From contig NC_086108.1 of assembly GCF_963921235.1 (NCBI RefSeq), positions 93,374,001-93,438,000 of the forward strand: a stretch of 64,000 nucleotides of DNA. The letters run 5' to 3'. This DNA comes from Mobula hypostoma. Lineage: Eukaryota. This document shows positions 37,271 to 50,910 of this stretch, piece by piece. Both the position numbers and the translations under genes were made by a program. How positions within the stretch are numbered: position 1 is the stretch's first letter; every line of letters begins with the position of its first letter. The notes beneath the pieces were generated by a model. That model made no database searches and was not told where the DNA came from. It saw only the letters and a program-made list of their open reading frames with translations.

Positions 37271-37459
37271 CAGGGGAAGGCAACCTTAAGCACAAATGAT
37301 TTTCTAGCATGCGTTATTCATTAATTTGAGGCAAAACATAACTAGATGCATTTAAATGGATAATTCCCATATTTCAAGTTTTTTATGGCATCTACCTGGC
37401 CCACCGTCCGCTCATTAATACGTGATCCAGCCCACAGAGGCAAAAAGGTTGCCAACCCG
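37271..37459. mobile_element. hAT-type MITE (189 bp) at the end of a CR1 tail (about 37180-37270)
   Basis: caggggaaggcaacct...aggttgccaacccg; TSD tcttatag/tcttacag. Confidence 0.7.
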
Positions 37460-38222
37460 TCTTACAGTTTTGCTTGATATTTAGCACATCTTTCAGAAGT
37501 ACTGATATAAAAGGCTGTTCATCAAATATATTTTCTCACCACAGTGTCACAGTGAGCATGTTTTAAAGGTTTTCAGAAGCATATTAAAACAGTCAAATTT
37601 ACAATATGTATGAATACAAGATAACTAATCTCTAATAGATTATAATGCACTATTACAAAGTACAACTTCAATGCCAAAGTCTTTCCGGATACTGTGTTTC
37701 AAAGTTAGCAGCATAAAATTTGAACAATGTTGTTTAGTTTCTCTGTGTGACAATATGTTGAGTTTCTTAACCAGTAATCCTATTTTGTGGAATGCCAAAC
37801 TACTGAACCCACACTTAAAGGCATGAGACTTCCACATGTAACATTTCCCTGTTCTACAAAGGATATTCATTTCAGCTCATGAGAAAATCACCATCTAAAA
37901 TAGTGAGCAGTGTATGATTTTAGATTCTATAGTGAAAATCACAGTTAATGTAAAAGATGTTTTAAATTTTAGACCATAAGATATAGGAGCAGAAGTAGGC
38001 TATTCAGCCCATCGAGTCCGCTCCACATTCAATCATGGGCTGATCCAATTCTTCCAGTCATCCCCACTCCTCTGCCTTCTCCCCATACCCTTTGATGCCC
38101 TCGCTAATCATGAACCATTTTGAAATGGCAGAATACTTTTGGGAAAATTCTCTGGAATAGAATTGGAATCAGGATGCCCATATTAAAAAAAGATCATAAT
38201 TTCTGACAATGTATATACTTAC

Positions 38223-38292
38223 ATTTGGCAATTATACTGTCCACAAATCCCATGGTGAAACGAAAGACGATGAAATTATGCAGGTGATCCAC
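38223..38292 (-). CDS. ABCD3: ABCD3 exon 11 equivalent (70 nt)
   Basis: VDHLHNFIVFRFTMGFVDSIIAK; AG/GT flanks. Confidence 0.95.
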
Positions 38293-39309
38293 CTAAATGA
38301 GAAAAAGGCAATGTAAAATTCCTTCTGTACCGGTTAAAGAAAAAGATGCAACAATGCTCAGTAATAGATTCAGGAAGTGAGATGATATAAAGTACACGAT
38401 CAAACTTGCAAACAATTTTTTAAAAAGATGAATTAATGGAACAATACTAATTAGTGGGAAACCTAACAGGGGCAGGGGCAATCAAACCATAACTATTGTC
38501 TATGTGAGTAAAAGATCATACAAATGGTCAGCATGTCCAACCTAAGTTTTTAAGCAGTACAAATAGGTCACTTATCATTCTATGAAATTAGTGTGTGAAG
38601 AATAAGCAAAAATCACAAAGATCACATATTTCATAACTATCAGAAATAATTTACATACAATTTGTCTAACTCTCAAAAGTAGCATTATGGTAGTAATTTG
38701 TTATGTTGATGTATCTGTATTAACAAAATAACGTGTTTAATTTGAATGGGTTAACGTAATTATTATGTACATAAGAAGGTATGGACTGGACCACTTGGCC
38801 CCTTGTGCATACTCTGTCATTTAATAAGGTCAAAATGCTAGATTTCTGCACTAATACCGTATCTATTGATTCCTATTTTATCTAACATATCTAAAAGTTA
38901 GCCTCTAATTTTTATTTTAAAAACAGAATTACTAAATGGCATTGGTATTAACATGTAATTATGGAGCTGAGTTTTACGCACAGATCAGCCATGATCTTAT
39001 TGAATGGCGGGGCAGGCTCAATGGGCCGGATGGCCTACTCCTGCTCCTATTTCTTATGTTCTTACAGATGCGTTGCCAGCACAAACAAGATGGGCTGAAA
39101 TATCTACAACTGTGCCAAAAATTTCAAAGAGGAGCCTGGTTTGAACTAAATAATGACATGGAGAAGGGTAACATTTAACTGAAAGCCAAATCTTTAACCT
39201 AATAAAATTGACACATAAACTGATATGAACCAAATAAGAATTTCTGGAACCTGACTACAGATTCAATAGAAAATGACTGCAGATTACACTAGTGTACAAC
39301 TTGAACAAA

Positions 39310-39590
39310 GAACATAGAATATCACAACACAGATGTTGTACCGATCTTTTAACCTACTCAGTCCACCTACCTACTGAATCTAAACCTTCCCTCCCACACA
39401 GCCACCTCATTTTTCTATCATCTGTTTGCCTATCCAAAGGTCTCTTATATTTCCCTAAAGTATCTGCCTCCATCACCATCCATGGCAGGGTGCTCCAGAC
39501 ACCCACTGCTCTCTGTGTAAAAATCTTACCTCTGACATCCTGTTTATACTTTGCTCCAAACACCTTAAAATCATGTCCCCTCATATTGGC
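39310..39590 (-). mobile_element. Old CR1 3' end
   Basis: ORF 39354..39584 RGHDFKV..KIFTQRAVGVW. Confidence 0.7.
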
Positions 39591-39734
39591 CTTTATGACT
39601 TTAATTGGCGATTTTTAATGAAAAATATTGAAATACATAACCTTGAAGGCCAATCTGAAAAAATGTTTGGAATTTCTTCACCAATAAACTGCATGCTAAA
39701 AGTAAATGTCAATCATGCAAATGTTACGCTTTCT

Positions 39735-40445
39735 ATGGAGGGAAATAAACTGTCAATGTTTTGTGTTGAGACCCTTCAGTTTGACTGAAAATGAAGCCAG
39801 AATAAGGAGGTAGGGGGAGCAGAAGTAGAAGTCTGTAGGTGATAAGTGAGACCAGGTGAGAGTAAAGATGGGTGGGTGGGGAAAGAGGGATGAAGTGAGA
39901 AACTGGAGGGAATAGCTAGAAGAGGTAAAGGGCTGTAGAAGAAGGAATCTAATAAGAGACACTGGATCATTGAAGAATGGGAAGGAGGAGGGAATCATAG
40001 GTTGATGGGCTAGCTGAGAAGAGAAGGAGTGAAAGTGTAATTAGAATGGGGAATGGAAAAAGATAGGAGGGGAGAAATTACTGTAAAAGGAATCAATGTG
40101 CATGCCATCAGGTTGAAGACTACCCAGATGGAAAATGAGGTATTGCTCCACCAAGCAAAGTCTGGCATCATCGTTGTAGTAAGCATAGATACGTCAGAAC
40201 ATGAATGGGAGGTTGAATTGAAATGGGTAACCACTGGGAGATCTGGCCTTCCACAGCACACAAAGTGAATAGTTTGACAAAGCAGTCCTCCAAGTTGCAC
40301 TGATGTAGAGGATGTCGCACCGGAAGCACTGGATACAGGAGATGACCAGGATGGACACGCAAGTGAAGTGTTGCCTCACCTGGAAGGACTGTTTGGGGCC
40401 CCAAATGGTAGTAACGAAGAAGGTCTAGGGGCAAGGCTCTCACTT
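39735..40445 (-). mobile_element. Penelope-like 3' fragment
   Basis: ORF 40010..40300 PDLPVVTHFNSTSHS; purine-rich UTR on +; decayed hammerhead tail. Confidence 0.78.
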
Positions 40446-40524
40446 CATAAAGTTAAAATTAACTAGGTAACCTACTGAAACACAACTTTAGTAAATATTT
40501 ATATGGAATAAAAGAGATGCTTAC

Positions 40525-40594
40525 CAATTTTTTGAAACTGGTACGTATTGTCTGTTTTTCTCGACTATTTCCATTGTAAAAAGCAATTTCTTCG
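40525..40594 (-). CDS. ABCD3: ABCD3 exon 10 equivalent (70 nt)
   Basis: EEIAFYNGNSREKQTIRTSFKKL (EAA-like motif); AG/GT flanks. Confidence 0.95.
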
Positions 40595-40623
40595 CTGTAA
40601 AATATAAGTGCCAATAGTTTTAT

Positions 40624-40680
40624 TCTCTCTCTCTCTCTCTCTCCTCTCCTTTCTCCCTTTCCCCTCCTTCTATCTCTCTC
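40624..40680 (+). repeat. (CT)n / pyrimidine-rich simple repeat near exon 10 acceptor
   Basis: tctctctctctctctctctcctctcctttctccc. Confidence 0.8.
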
Positions 40681-42285
40681 ACAATACTGAGCACCTCCCT
40701 GTCAGTAAACAGGAAAGTGTTACAAATAGCAAACAGGAAATTCAATCGGCCATCATTTTACCAAGGACAGTTTTCCTAGTTGTCCAAGTGTCATGCTATG
40801 GAAAGGCAGAACAACTTCACTGCAAATTAAAATCAGTGCCAATTTAAATTTTCTGGTTGACCTGCAAGTCTTTCAGGGTCAAGAAACATGGCACTGCGAG
40901 GGAAGTAGGAACTTCCTTTGTCAACAGCCTACATAGGCCAGGAGTACTAATCTTGTTCTTTTTTGTTTCAAAAGGAAGTATTCAGCTTCTCCTCTATCTT
41001 TCATACCCTTCCCTTGTCATAGCTATCACCTCCTTCCTGCTCTCCCCACTGGCCATCCACTGCCCGATTTAACTTAGTGAACTACAGTTAAGATAATGGA
41101 AACAAGAGGGAAAAAAAATTGAGAGCTAGATAGCCAGCTACTCTCAAAGGCCATTTAGACTTGAGATGATCCTCAAGCTTCTCCTTAGCAAGATGGTGCC
41201 AGAGTGTGGTAACTCGTTCAAGCTGCTTTCAGTAGATCTACTCATTACTATTATAATTGCTCTATGCTTTTAAGTCTAAATTCTATGGCTCTAAGAATTA
41301 CACTTTATTATCCTATTACTAGTCCTCAATGTACTGGTGTGATGGTATGATCTGTAAGGATGGTATGCAGTAAAGCTTTCCACTGTACCTCGGTACAGGT
41401 GACAATAACAAATCAATTTACTGAACATATTCTCTTACTGGGCAACTACCAACTGTCCAAGTGCAGTCCAGGGCTCTTACAGTCACTATGGCGAAACCAG
41501 AAAGATAATCTACCCACTATTAATGACTTCAATTAAGTTGCACTTTATAGAAAGTGAAAGATAATGCATCTAACTTAAAATTTAAAGCAGGAAAATTCTA
41601 ATAGATATATTTCTTGTAACAATTTTAATTAGTAGCAGAAATCAAATTATTGCACAATATTTTGAGAACACACCTGCTTTTTGCTTTTCCAGCACAATAA
41701 ACACAATAATTCAGGTGGCAAACTCTATACCCAGTATTTCTTCAATTCCAGACTTAAAAGGCAATACAAGGCAGCAACATACAACAGCATTTTTTAAATC
41801 ATTAAACATTTTTAAAGGAGTAAAAATAGTTGAAACATGTAGAACACTAGGAAACAACTAAGTACACTTAAATCATTTCAATTTTATATAAGAGAAATTG
41901 AAGGAAGTGCAGATACTGGAAATATGAAACAAAACAGAAATATGAGGGGGCATAATTTTAAGGTGATTGGAGGAAACTATGGGGGGGATGTCAGGGGTGT
42001 GACACGTCATTTTTCACAGAGAGTGGTGTGTGTGCAGAACGCCCTATCTGAGGTGGTGGTAGAGACAGATATATTCGAGCATTTAAGAAACTCGTATATA
42101 GGCACAAATAGGCTATGTAAGAAGGAAGGGTTAGATTGACCTTAGAGTACACTTAAGGTCATACAAAATCATGAGCCGATGGGTCTATGCTCTGCTGTAA
42201 TGTTCTATGCTGCTAGATAGAGACACAGGAGGCTGCGTATGCTGGAAGCTACAGCAAGAGACAAGATGCTGGAGGAACTCAGCAG

Positions 42286-42925
42286 CATGCTGGCCTTCAT
42301 AACAAGGGGAATTGAGTATAGGAGCAAAAAGGTCCTTCTGCAGCTGTACAGGGCCCTGGTGAGACCACACCTGGAGTACTGTGTGCAGTTTCATTCTCCA
42401 AATTTGAGGAAGGACATTCTTGCTATTGAGGGAGTGCAGCTTAGGTTCACAAGGTTAATTCCCGGGATGGAGGGACTGCCATATGTTGAAAGATTGTAAC
42501 GACTGGGCTTGTATACACTGGAATTTAGAAGGCTGAGAGGGGATCTTATTGAAACATATAAGATTATTAAGGGATTGGACACGCTGGAGGCAGGAAGCAT
42601 GTTCCCGCTGATGGGTGAGTCCAGAACCAGAGGCCACAGTTTAAGAATAAGGGGTAGGCCATTTAGAACAGAGTTGAGTAAAAACTTTTTCACCCAGAGA
42701 GTGGTGGATATGTGCAATGCTCTGCCCCAGAAGGCTGTGGAGGCCAAGTCTCTGGATGTTTTCAAGAAAGAGATGGATAGAGCTCTTAAAGATAGCAGAA
42801 TCAAAGGTAATGGGGAAAAGGCAGGAACTGGATACTGATTGTGGATGATCAGCCATGATCATAGTGAATGGTGTTGCTGGCTCGAAGGGCCGAATGGCCT
42901 ACTACTGCACCTATTGTCTATTGTC
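42286..42925 (+). mobile_element. CR1 3' end inserted in a PLE tail fragment; older CR1 tail at about 41935-42210
   Basis: ORFs 42239..42499 and 42509..42838; cctattgtctattgtc tail. Confidence 0.9.
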
Positions 42926-43397
42926 ATCATCAACAGTTCCGGGGCAAATGTGAAGAGAGAAACAGGTCAATGACTTTTTTTTTTAAATGTTTCCTGCATG
43001 TGCTATTTTTATTATATTAATAATCAAAACAATTTGTACTTGTGCTTCTCTCTACAGTCATTTTTTGCTGATAAAATAAATGGGTCTGTTGGACCTGCTG
43101 CAGACATATTTCTCAGCTCAGCTGTTGAGAATGTCCCAGCTAGACACCATGAGAAGTCAAACAAAGTACAGATGTCTTATAAGCAGTTGTAGAAAATTCT
43201 GGACATTCCTTCACTTAGAAGTCTACAATTTCCACATGGTCACATGAGTAAAAGTTGATAGTTCCAACATAAGCCAAAGTATGACAAGATTTCTGCATTT
43301 ACAACTTTGCAAGGTTATCTGACTTTATCCTGTCTTTTATGCTCCCATTCCCCACCCATAAATAGCAAGGCTTATAAAAAAATTTAGCTTTAAACAT

Positions 43398-44245
43398 ATG
43401 CCAACTAGTGGAGTGGTGCCGCAGCAACAGCCTAGCACTCAACATCAGAAAGATGAAAGAGCTCATTGTGGGCTTCAGGAAGGGTAAGACAAAGGAACAC
43501 ATACCAATTCTCATACAGGTATCAGAAGTGGAGAGAGTGAGCAGTTTCAAGTTCCTGGGTGTCAAGATCTTTGAGTATCTAACCTGGTTCCAATGCATCA
43601 ATGTAGTTATAAAAAAGGCAAGACAGCGGCTATACTTTATTAGGAATTTGAAGAGTTTTGGCATGTCAACAAATACACTCATAAACTTCTATAGATGTAC
43701 CGTGGAAAGCATTCTGACAGGCTGCATCACTGTCTGGTATGGGGAGGAGCTACTGCACAGGACAGAAAGAAGCTGCAGAGAGTAATAAATCTAGTCAGCT
43801 CCATCTTGGGTACTAGCCTACAACATACCCAGGACATCTTCAGGGAGTGGTGTCTCAGAAAGGCAGCGTTCATTATTAAGGACCTCCGGCACCCAGGGCA
43901 TGCCCTTTTCTCACAGCTACCATCAGGTAGATCAAGTAGGAGGTACAGAAGCCTGAAGGCACTCAGCGATTCAGGAACAGCTTCTTCCCCTCTGCCATTC
44001 GATTCCTAAATGGACATTGAACCTTTGGACACTACCTCACTTTTTTTTAAATATACAGTATTTCTGTTTTTTGCACATTTTTTTAATCTATTGAATATAC
44101 ATGTACTGTAATTGATTTACTTATTTATTTATTTTATCCCTCTTCTATATTATGTATAGCATTGAACTACTGCTGCTAAGTTAACAATTTCACGTCACAG
44201 GCGGGTGATAATAAACCTGATTCTGACTCTAATTCTGATTCTGAT
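43398..44245 (+). mobile_element. Rex1/Babar LINE 3' part
   Basis: ORF 43408..43785 EWCRSNSLALNIRKMKELIV..KARQRLYF; aataaacctgattctga tail. Confidence 0.85.
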
Positions 44246-44449
44246 TTTCACACTTCACTTCAACTGCTAATCCATTCTGGAGAAGAGCATAGACTATGCC
44301 CTGGACAACATGCCACTGGACAAGCACAACAAATATTTAATAGCGATACAATATTCCAGTACACATCACTAACATAACTCTCAGACTTCGTTCAAGAACA
44401 CCAACGAAAACAGTTAAGTGACAGTGGGATAAGGAGGCAAAGACATCTA

Positions 44450-46057
44450 CAGCTGTCCCCCGCTTTTCGAACGTTCGCTTTACAAAACCTCACTGCTACG
44501 AAAGACCTACATTAGTACCCTGTTTTCGCTTTCAGAAGGTGTTTTCACTGTTACGAAGAAAGACAGCGCGCGATAAAAGGCAGCACGCGTCCCGAGCAGC
44601 TGCTCTCCCCCGGATTCGGAACGGCATTGCTTAAACACGTTGCATTGAGCAGCCGTTAGCAAAATGAGTTCTAAGGTGTCGGAAGAGCCTGAAAGAGCTC
44701 GTAAGGGTGTTACACATAGCGTAAAACTAGACATAATTAAGTGTTTCCATCGTGGTGAATGAAGCAAGGACAAAGTGAGTTTGGCTTGTGGAAGCTGACG
44801 AAGATGATGTTGAAGAGGTTTTGGCATCCCATGACCAAGAACTGATAGATGAAGTGCTGATGCAACTGGAAGAGGAAAGGATAACAATTGAAACCAAATG
44901 CAGCAGCGAAAGTGAAGTCATCCAAGAACTGAACGTGAAGCAAATCCATGAGATTTTCGCTGCAATGATAAAGTACGACTTTAATTTTGAAAGGGTACGT
45001 AGGTTTACGGGATATTTGCAAGATGGCTTGAGTCCTTAAAAAGAACTGTGTGATATAAAAATGCTCAAGGCTCAGCAGTCAAGCAAGCCTTCCACATCAG
45101 CCACAGCTTATGACGAACCTCGACCTTCGACATCGAGGCGGGCAGTCATAGAAGAAGATGAGCTGCCTGCCTTGATTGACGATGAGATGACACCCCACTG
45201 TCCCACCACCCCAACCCCCGGGCCCCGGACAGATACTGTACCGATTCGCGGAGAATGCAGCGGTAGCCAGGAGGGACACAGCACATCTTTAAGAAAAAAG
45301 CCGAAATAAACATGCTAATTAATTAGGTGCCGCCTAGCACGTAATTGTCGGCCCAGATCAGTGCCGATGCAATCGGCAATCGCCTCTGATCTGCGCCGAC
45401 ATTTACATGCCGGGCAGCACCTAATTAATTAGCATGTTTATTTCGGCTTTTTTCTTAAAGATGTGCTGTGTGCCTCCCAGCTACCCCTGCGTGCTTCGTG
45501 GCAATGTATCAGTCGGCGGCCTGGAGGGTGGGGGCCACTGCACTACCCCAACCTGCGACGACTCAGTCTAACACACCATCATCAGTGTGCTCGATGTCTT
45601 CCCAATTCCCGTAAGTGATACTACACTGTACATACATTATTTCTACTTTATACAGGCTGTGTATTTTTACGTGTTATTTGGTAGATTTGGCAGCTTCATA
45701 GTTTAAAGGTTACTGGAGAGTGCATTTATGCCAACAGCGCTTGCGTGAGATTTTCTGCCGACAGCGCTTGCGTAAGATTTTCGCCAAGGAGATCTGTGCA
45801 GGCAATCGTTGTAGAGAAGTATTTCTACTTTATATAGGCTGTGTATTTATCATATCATTACTGCTTTTACTATATGTTACTGTTATTTTAGGTTTTATGG
45901 GTTATTTGGCATGATTTGGTAGGTTATTTTTGGGTCTGCGAACACTCACAAAATTTTCCCATATAAATAAATGGTAATTGCTTCTTCGCTTTACGACATT
46001 TCGGCTTACGAACCGTTTCATAGGAACGCTCTACCTTCGGATGGTGGGGGAAACCTG
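44450..46057 (+). mobile_element. Tigger/pogo-like internally deleted DNA transposon with internal palindrome
   Basis: TA-flanked imperfect TIR CAG(CTG/GTT)TCCCCC; MSSKVSEEPERARKGVTHSVKLDIIK joined to EDDVEEVLASHDQELIDEVLMQLEEE; DDE domain absent; CpG-rich. Confidence 0.8.
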
Positions 46058-46097
46058 TATAGTCTTGCACTGAAAAGAAGCAGCTCCACTGAAAACA

Positions 46098-46805
46098 GTT
46101 AAAGCAATTCTTTATAAGAAAAGGACATAAGAGAGTGTGTCATTTATCTCTTCATGACTGCTCAGGAATTTAATATGATCATGGTAAAACATTCAAGGCC
46201 TCACTACTTTTTTTCTACTAACGCCCTATTCCAAGATGCCACTAATATCAAAAAAAATTAAATATTTAAAAGTTAATACCTAAAAATATTAAAAGTTAAA
46301 AGTAAATGGTACTGTTTTACATAATATCTTCTCACCTATTTGTAATAAGCCGAGAGTTGACGTATCTGTATTCACCTTCAAATCTTTGCTCCGATACTGT
46401 CATTTTACCAATTGGTCTCCTGAGTCGTGTTAGGATCAGACCTGAAACAATCAGGTAAGCCACCATGCTTGCAGGACCCTAAAGAGAAAATAATTAATCA
46501 ATGTTAAAATAATAATATTTTAACATTTCTAAAGTTATTCAATTAATTTACTAACCTTTCTGCTTAAAAATCTTAAATATTTTACCAATTCTACTTAATT
46601 CTATAAAAAAAATGTTAAAGCAATTCTTCATAACGAGTGGACATAAGAGAGGATCATTTGGTTCCTCATGACTGCTCAGTAATTTAATATGATCATGGTA
46701 AAATGTTCAATGCATCACTACTTTTCATATACTCACCCTATATCCCAAGATGCCCCTAATATCAAAAAACATCTAAATATTTAAAAGTTAATATCTAAAA
46801 TATTT
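46098..46805 (+). repeat. About 190-bp imperfect direct repeat (46098-46290 and 46614-46805) flanking exon 9
   Basis: Shared gttaaagcaattct..ggacataagagag..catgactgctcagKaatttaatatgatcatggtaaaa..aaatatttaaaagttaata. Confidence 0.85.
46336..46478 (-). CDS. ABCD3: ABCD3 exon 9 equivalent (143 nt)
   Basis: GPASMVAYLIVSGLILTRLRRPIGKMTVSEQRFEGEYRYVNSRLITNS; AG/GT flanks. Confidence 0.96.
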
Positions 46806-46932
46806 GACATTTTGATTGTGCTTTTTCGCAAATATGTCCTAAAAAGAAATTTCTCATAGTTCTAAGCCAAATACAATAATTATTTAAAATGAATAGTGTC
46901 AAGCAATCAAAATTAATTCATACTCAACTTAC

Positions 46933-46989
46933 CTGAGCACCTATTGCACTTGTCAATTTACATATGTAGAGAATTATGTCCAAAAGTGG
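46933..46989 (-). CDS. ABCD3: ABCD3 exon 8 equivalent (57 nt)
   Basis: PLLDIILYICKLTSAIGAQ; AG/GT flanks. Confidence 0.95.
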
Positions 46990-48805
46990 CTAGGAAGGAG
47001 ATAGAACAAAAATCAGTTTGTGAAATAGTGTGAAAAGAGCACAATGAATCAGCATTAAAAACACAATATTATATTGCAGATACTGGAGCTAAAGCCAAAA
47101 CACACAAACAAATTTGTTTCTGCCTGTGGAGAGGTCAAGTTTATACTCTGAACATATTGCCTTCCTCGGAATACAAAATTACTTGTGGATCAGGCTTTTC
47201 TCAAAGATCTGAATGAAAACCCCTGGACTATATTTAACAACAAAGAGGCAGTGGAAATTCACATCAGATGAAGTTTATAGCAGTGGAAAATGAAAGCTAG
47301 TAACGTCAGTGTAACTGAAGTCAAAAGCTGGAAACATCAGTTACATCTGAAGTTCTTGGCAGCAGACCAAGGCAGTGAAAGGTGATTCAAGTTTAGGTAT
47401 ATAGATGATAGGTAAATGGAGGGCTACTTAGGAGGGAAGAGTTAGATTAATCTTAGAGTAGGTTATCAGGTTGACATAACATTGTGGGACGAAGGGTCTG
47501 TACTATACTGTACTGTTCAATGTTCCATGTTGACAATTTTTGCGGAGAAGTCTCAGAATCAAGTTGATTTGGACACTGAAATTGCAAGCATGACCAATCA
47601 TCCTAAAATAAAGGAGCTGAATAAAGGAAAATGAAATCAAAGGCAAATATATGAAGTTATGGCAAAACAATGGCTTCTGGTTTCGGTTTCAGCAAAGAAT
47701 GGATATTGCACAAACACTCTGGCAACGTAAGCCAGACTACATGTGCAATATACATTTTTCATTGAGAAAATGCAAGCAAAATTAATTTTGAGGTCCTAAA
47801 CATTCTTTGAAAGCTGACCATATATCAGAATATGATGTGACATTTAGATAGAGTAATATAGATACATGAGGAATTAGCACACACGGTCATGAACACATAA
47901 AAGGAACATTTTTGGAGATAACCTTGCCTTGATTGGATAATGGAACAAGGAACAGGTAAACAGATATTAAAAGAAGTTTAATCATCTGACCACCACAGAG
48001 AAAATAAGGATGGACCATTGAAGAAAGGATGGGGATAGACCATTGTAAAGAGCATCAACCTTGACTTTGATTAGTGTCATTTCAGTGCTCTGACATTTTA
48101 TTTGTATTTTTATATGCTAACAGTCAACACTCTGAATGGGAGAGAATAGGTAGAGGTGATATTTTCTGTTTGAACTACTGCCTGTTCTATTTTATGTGAT
48201 ACATCTTGTCATTCAATGAAATTTGAAAAGGACAGTGTGAGTCTGGGAGTCTGGATACATTGGCAGAATTCTGAATGAGTCTAATTACAGACACCAGGTG
48301 AAAACTCAATCATGGGAACACTAGAACAGCCTGTTATATAAGAAGTAACAAAAGGCTGTGTGGAATCTACAACACTGCTGTTTCCAGTCCAATGTAATTG
48401 CTCTGGAACTAACTGTGACCTCTGTTGCTGTGTCAGGTTAAATCCAGTCACTAGCTTTCATGACAATCATGTTTAAATAAACAGATGTCTAACTGCATAA
48501 TTAATTATTAAAAGTTTATCTTTTATATTGATTTAATTATTGACATAAGGTAAGTATGTTACTGGTGGTAGAGTTAACCGAATAGGTTTAGAATCATGAT
48601 TTTATCTACAATTTATGTGAATTCCGAGGGGATGTTAAGAGAAGTGTTAATACAAATGGGTTCCTAGTGAAATGATATTGACTTGATATATTCACTTTGT
48701 CTGTTCACTACACTCGATGCCTGACATTGAGCATTTCCAGCACTTTCAGCTTTTATTTCAGATTTCCAAAGTAAACAGTATTATGTACTACTGAGTATAA
48801 CTCAC

Positions 48806-48929
48806 CTTGCTGAGATTTGAATACAAGTCCACTACACTGTTGCAAAATTTCTCCACATCCTGTGTTAAAAGCTGATCGGCATTTGCTATTCTGTTGTCAA
48901 GATTACCCATTTTATAATATGTATAACTT
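48806..48929 (-). CDS. ABCD3: ABCD3 exon 7 equivalent (124 nt)
   Basis: [45 protein letters not shown] flanks. Confidence 0.96.
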
Positions 48930-50599
48930 CTGTCAAGAGAAAACAATGTATGTGGTTAATAATCAATGAAAACATTTCATGGAAATATTAATTATACAGA
49001 TTGCCAATATGATAACTTTAAAATAGCTAATTAAATTCATTCAACAAAACAAATTGCACCACATATTACTGGGCTCAGCTATTGTTTATAAGACATTGAT
49101 CAAGGGTGACATGTCAAAATATGCTACTTCCCCAAGGAAGAAATTAGTCTTCAGATCCTGCATTAAACACGTCATAAATTAATCTATATGTAAACATACA
49201 GGACAATTAGGAGTAGGACTCAAACCTGTTTACTTAATAAGATCTGACTATAATCTCAATTTTATATTGCCGACTTCCAGTGATTACACCCCTTGGCTTA
49301 CCAGTACTTCTGCCTTAAAAATATTCTAAGTTTCTGCTTCCAAGATTCCGCTTTTTTTTCTCTCTCATAAGTGACGCCTTGTTTTAGATTCTCAAGTAAC
49401 AAGAAACATTACCTCCACATCCATCAAGTCGAGACCTCTCAAAATCTTATACATCTCAATTCCACCCCTCGGCCCCCCCCCACCCTCGCCATTCTTCTAA
49501 CCTCCAGCTGAATGAGCCTTGCCTGTCCTGATGAGTACTCAGCTATTCTGGATTTCAATATACTAAATCTCTTTGCAAGTGCTTCCAATATATTAACACC
49601 CCTCTGTACACAAAAAGACTAAAACATTTATACAACAGTCTGGGATCTCACTAATGTCTTATGCAATTGACACAAAATCTCTCTCCTTTTGTAACAAAAT
49701 ACAAACTATTGGAGCAACCCAGCAGGTGAAGCAGCATACATAGAGCTAGAGAGCTAGCCAAGGGTTTGGGTCGTGATCCTGTATCAGGGCTCTTATCTTA
49801 CCCTCAATAACTTTAAAAACATATATTTTTCCGGAGAGTCGGAGGGCCCTCTTCTTCTTTCTGAGACAAAATCCCAACCAATCCTATCCACTAACACCCT
49901 CATTCACCCGGCAGAAATTGTTTTTACTATCTATGACTTTTTTAAAAATTGCTCCAGATTCTAGCATCTGCGTTCCTCTTCTTTTGTATGTATTCCCTTT
50001 CAATAAATATTGACCTTGTTAGCCTTCTTAATTATTCAATGTACCTTCATAGTAACTTTTGTAAATCATGCTCAAGGACATCCAAATCCTTCTGCATCTC
50101 AGATCTCTGTAACCCTTCCACACTTAAATAAACACGCCTTTCCATTCTTCCTGCCAAAATGATAATACTCATTTTGTAGGTTTTAGTCACTCTCTGAACC
50201 CATCTATATCCTTTTCTCTCCATCTTTTATCTTCTTCACAGCTTACTTTCCTGCCTATATTTTTGTCAAGTGCAAAATTAGCAACCATATCTCATGGTCT
50301 GCAACATACTGTATGGACAAATGGATTGCTTGGCATATATGTCAAAGACTTATTTCTACTTTATTATGTTTTTGCAAATCAAATGCACAATGCACCAATA
50401 GTTATAGAAAGCAATTTTAGGGCTCCAACTCCAGCTTCTACTTGTTAGTCTGGAAGTAAAGATAGTCATTCAAACTTTGGTCATCTAATTGCGGATGTCA
50501 CCGGCACATTAAATTTAGACATATTTGAAAGGAGTGCTGAAGAGAGCCACTGATAATTTATCTCAAAGTGTGATCTCCATTACCTTTATCTGTATTGTA

Positions 50600-50910
50600 C
50601 TCCTCAACCATCAGGTTCTTGAACCAGAGGGGATAAGTTCATTCAATTTCACTTGACCCATAACTAAACTGTTCCCACAACCAAAGGGCTCACTTTCAAG
50701 GACTCATCATCTCATGTTCTCGATAGTTATTGCTTATTTTTTTTCTTTTTGTATTTCCACAGTCTTTTGCCTTTTACACACTGGTTGTCCACCTTGTTGA
50801 TGCAGTCTTTCATTGATTCTAATATGGTTATTGTATTTATTGAGTGTGCCCACAAGAAAATGAATCTCAGGCTTGTATATGGTGGCGTATGTGTACTTAG
50901 ATAATAAATT
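50600..50910 (+). mobile_element. Rex1/Babar 3' UTR
   Basis: Matches 60880-61195 and the reverse complement of 32350-32650. Confidence 0.8.
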
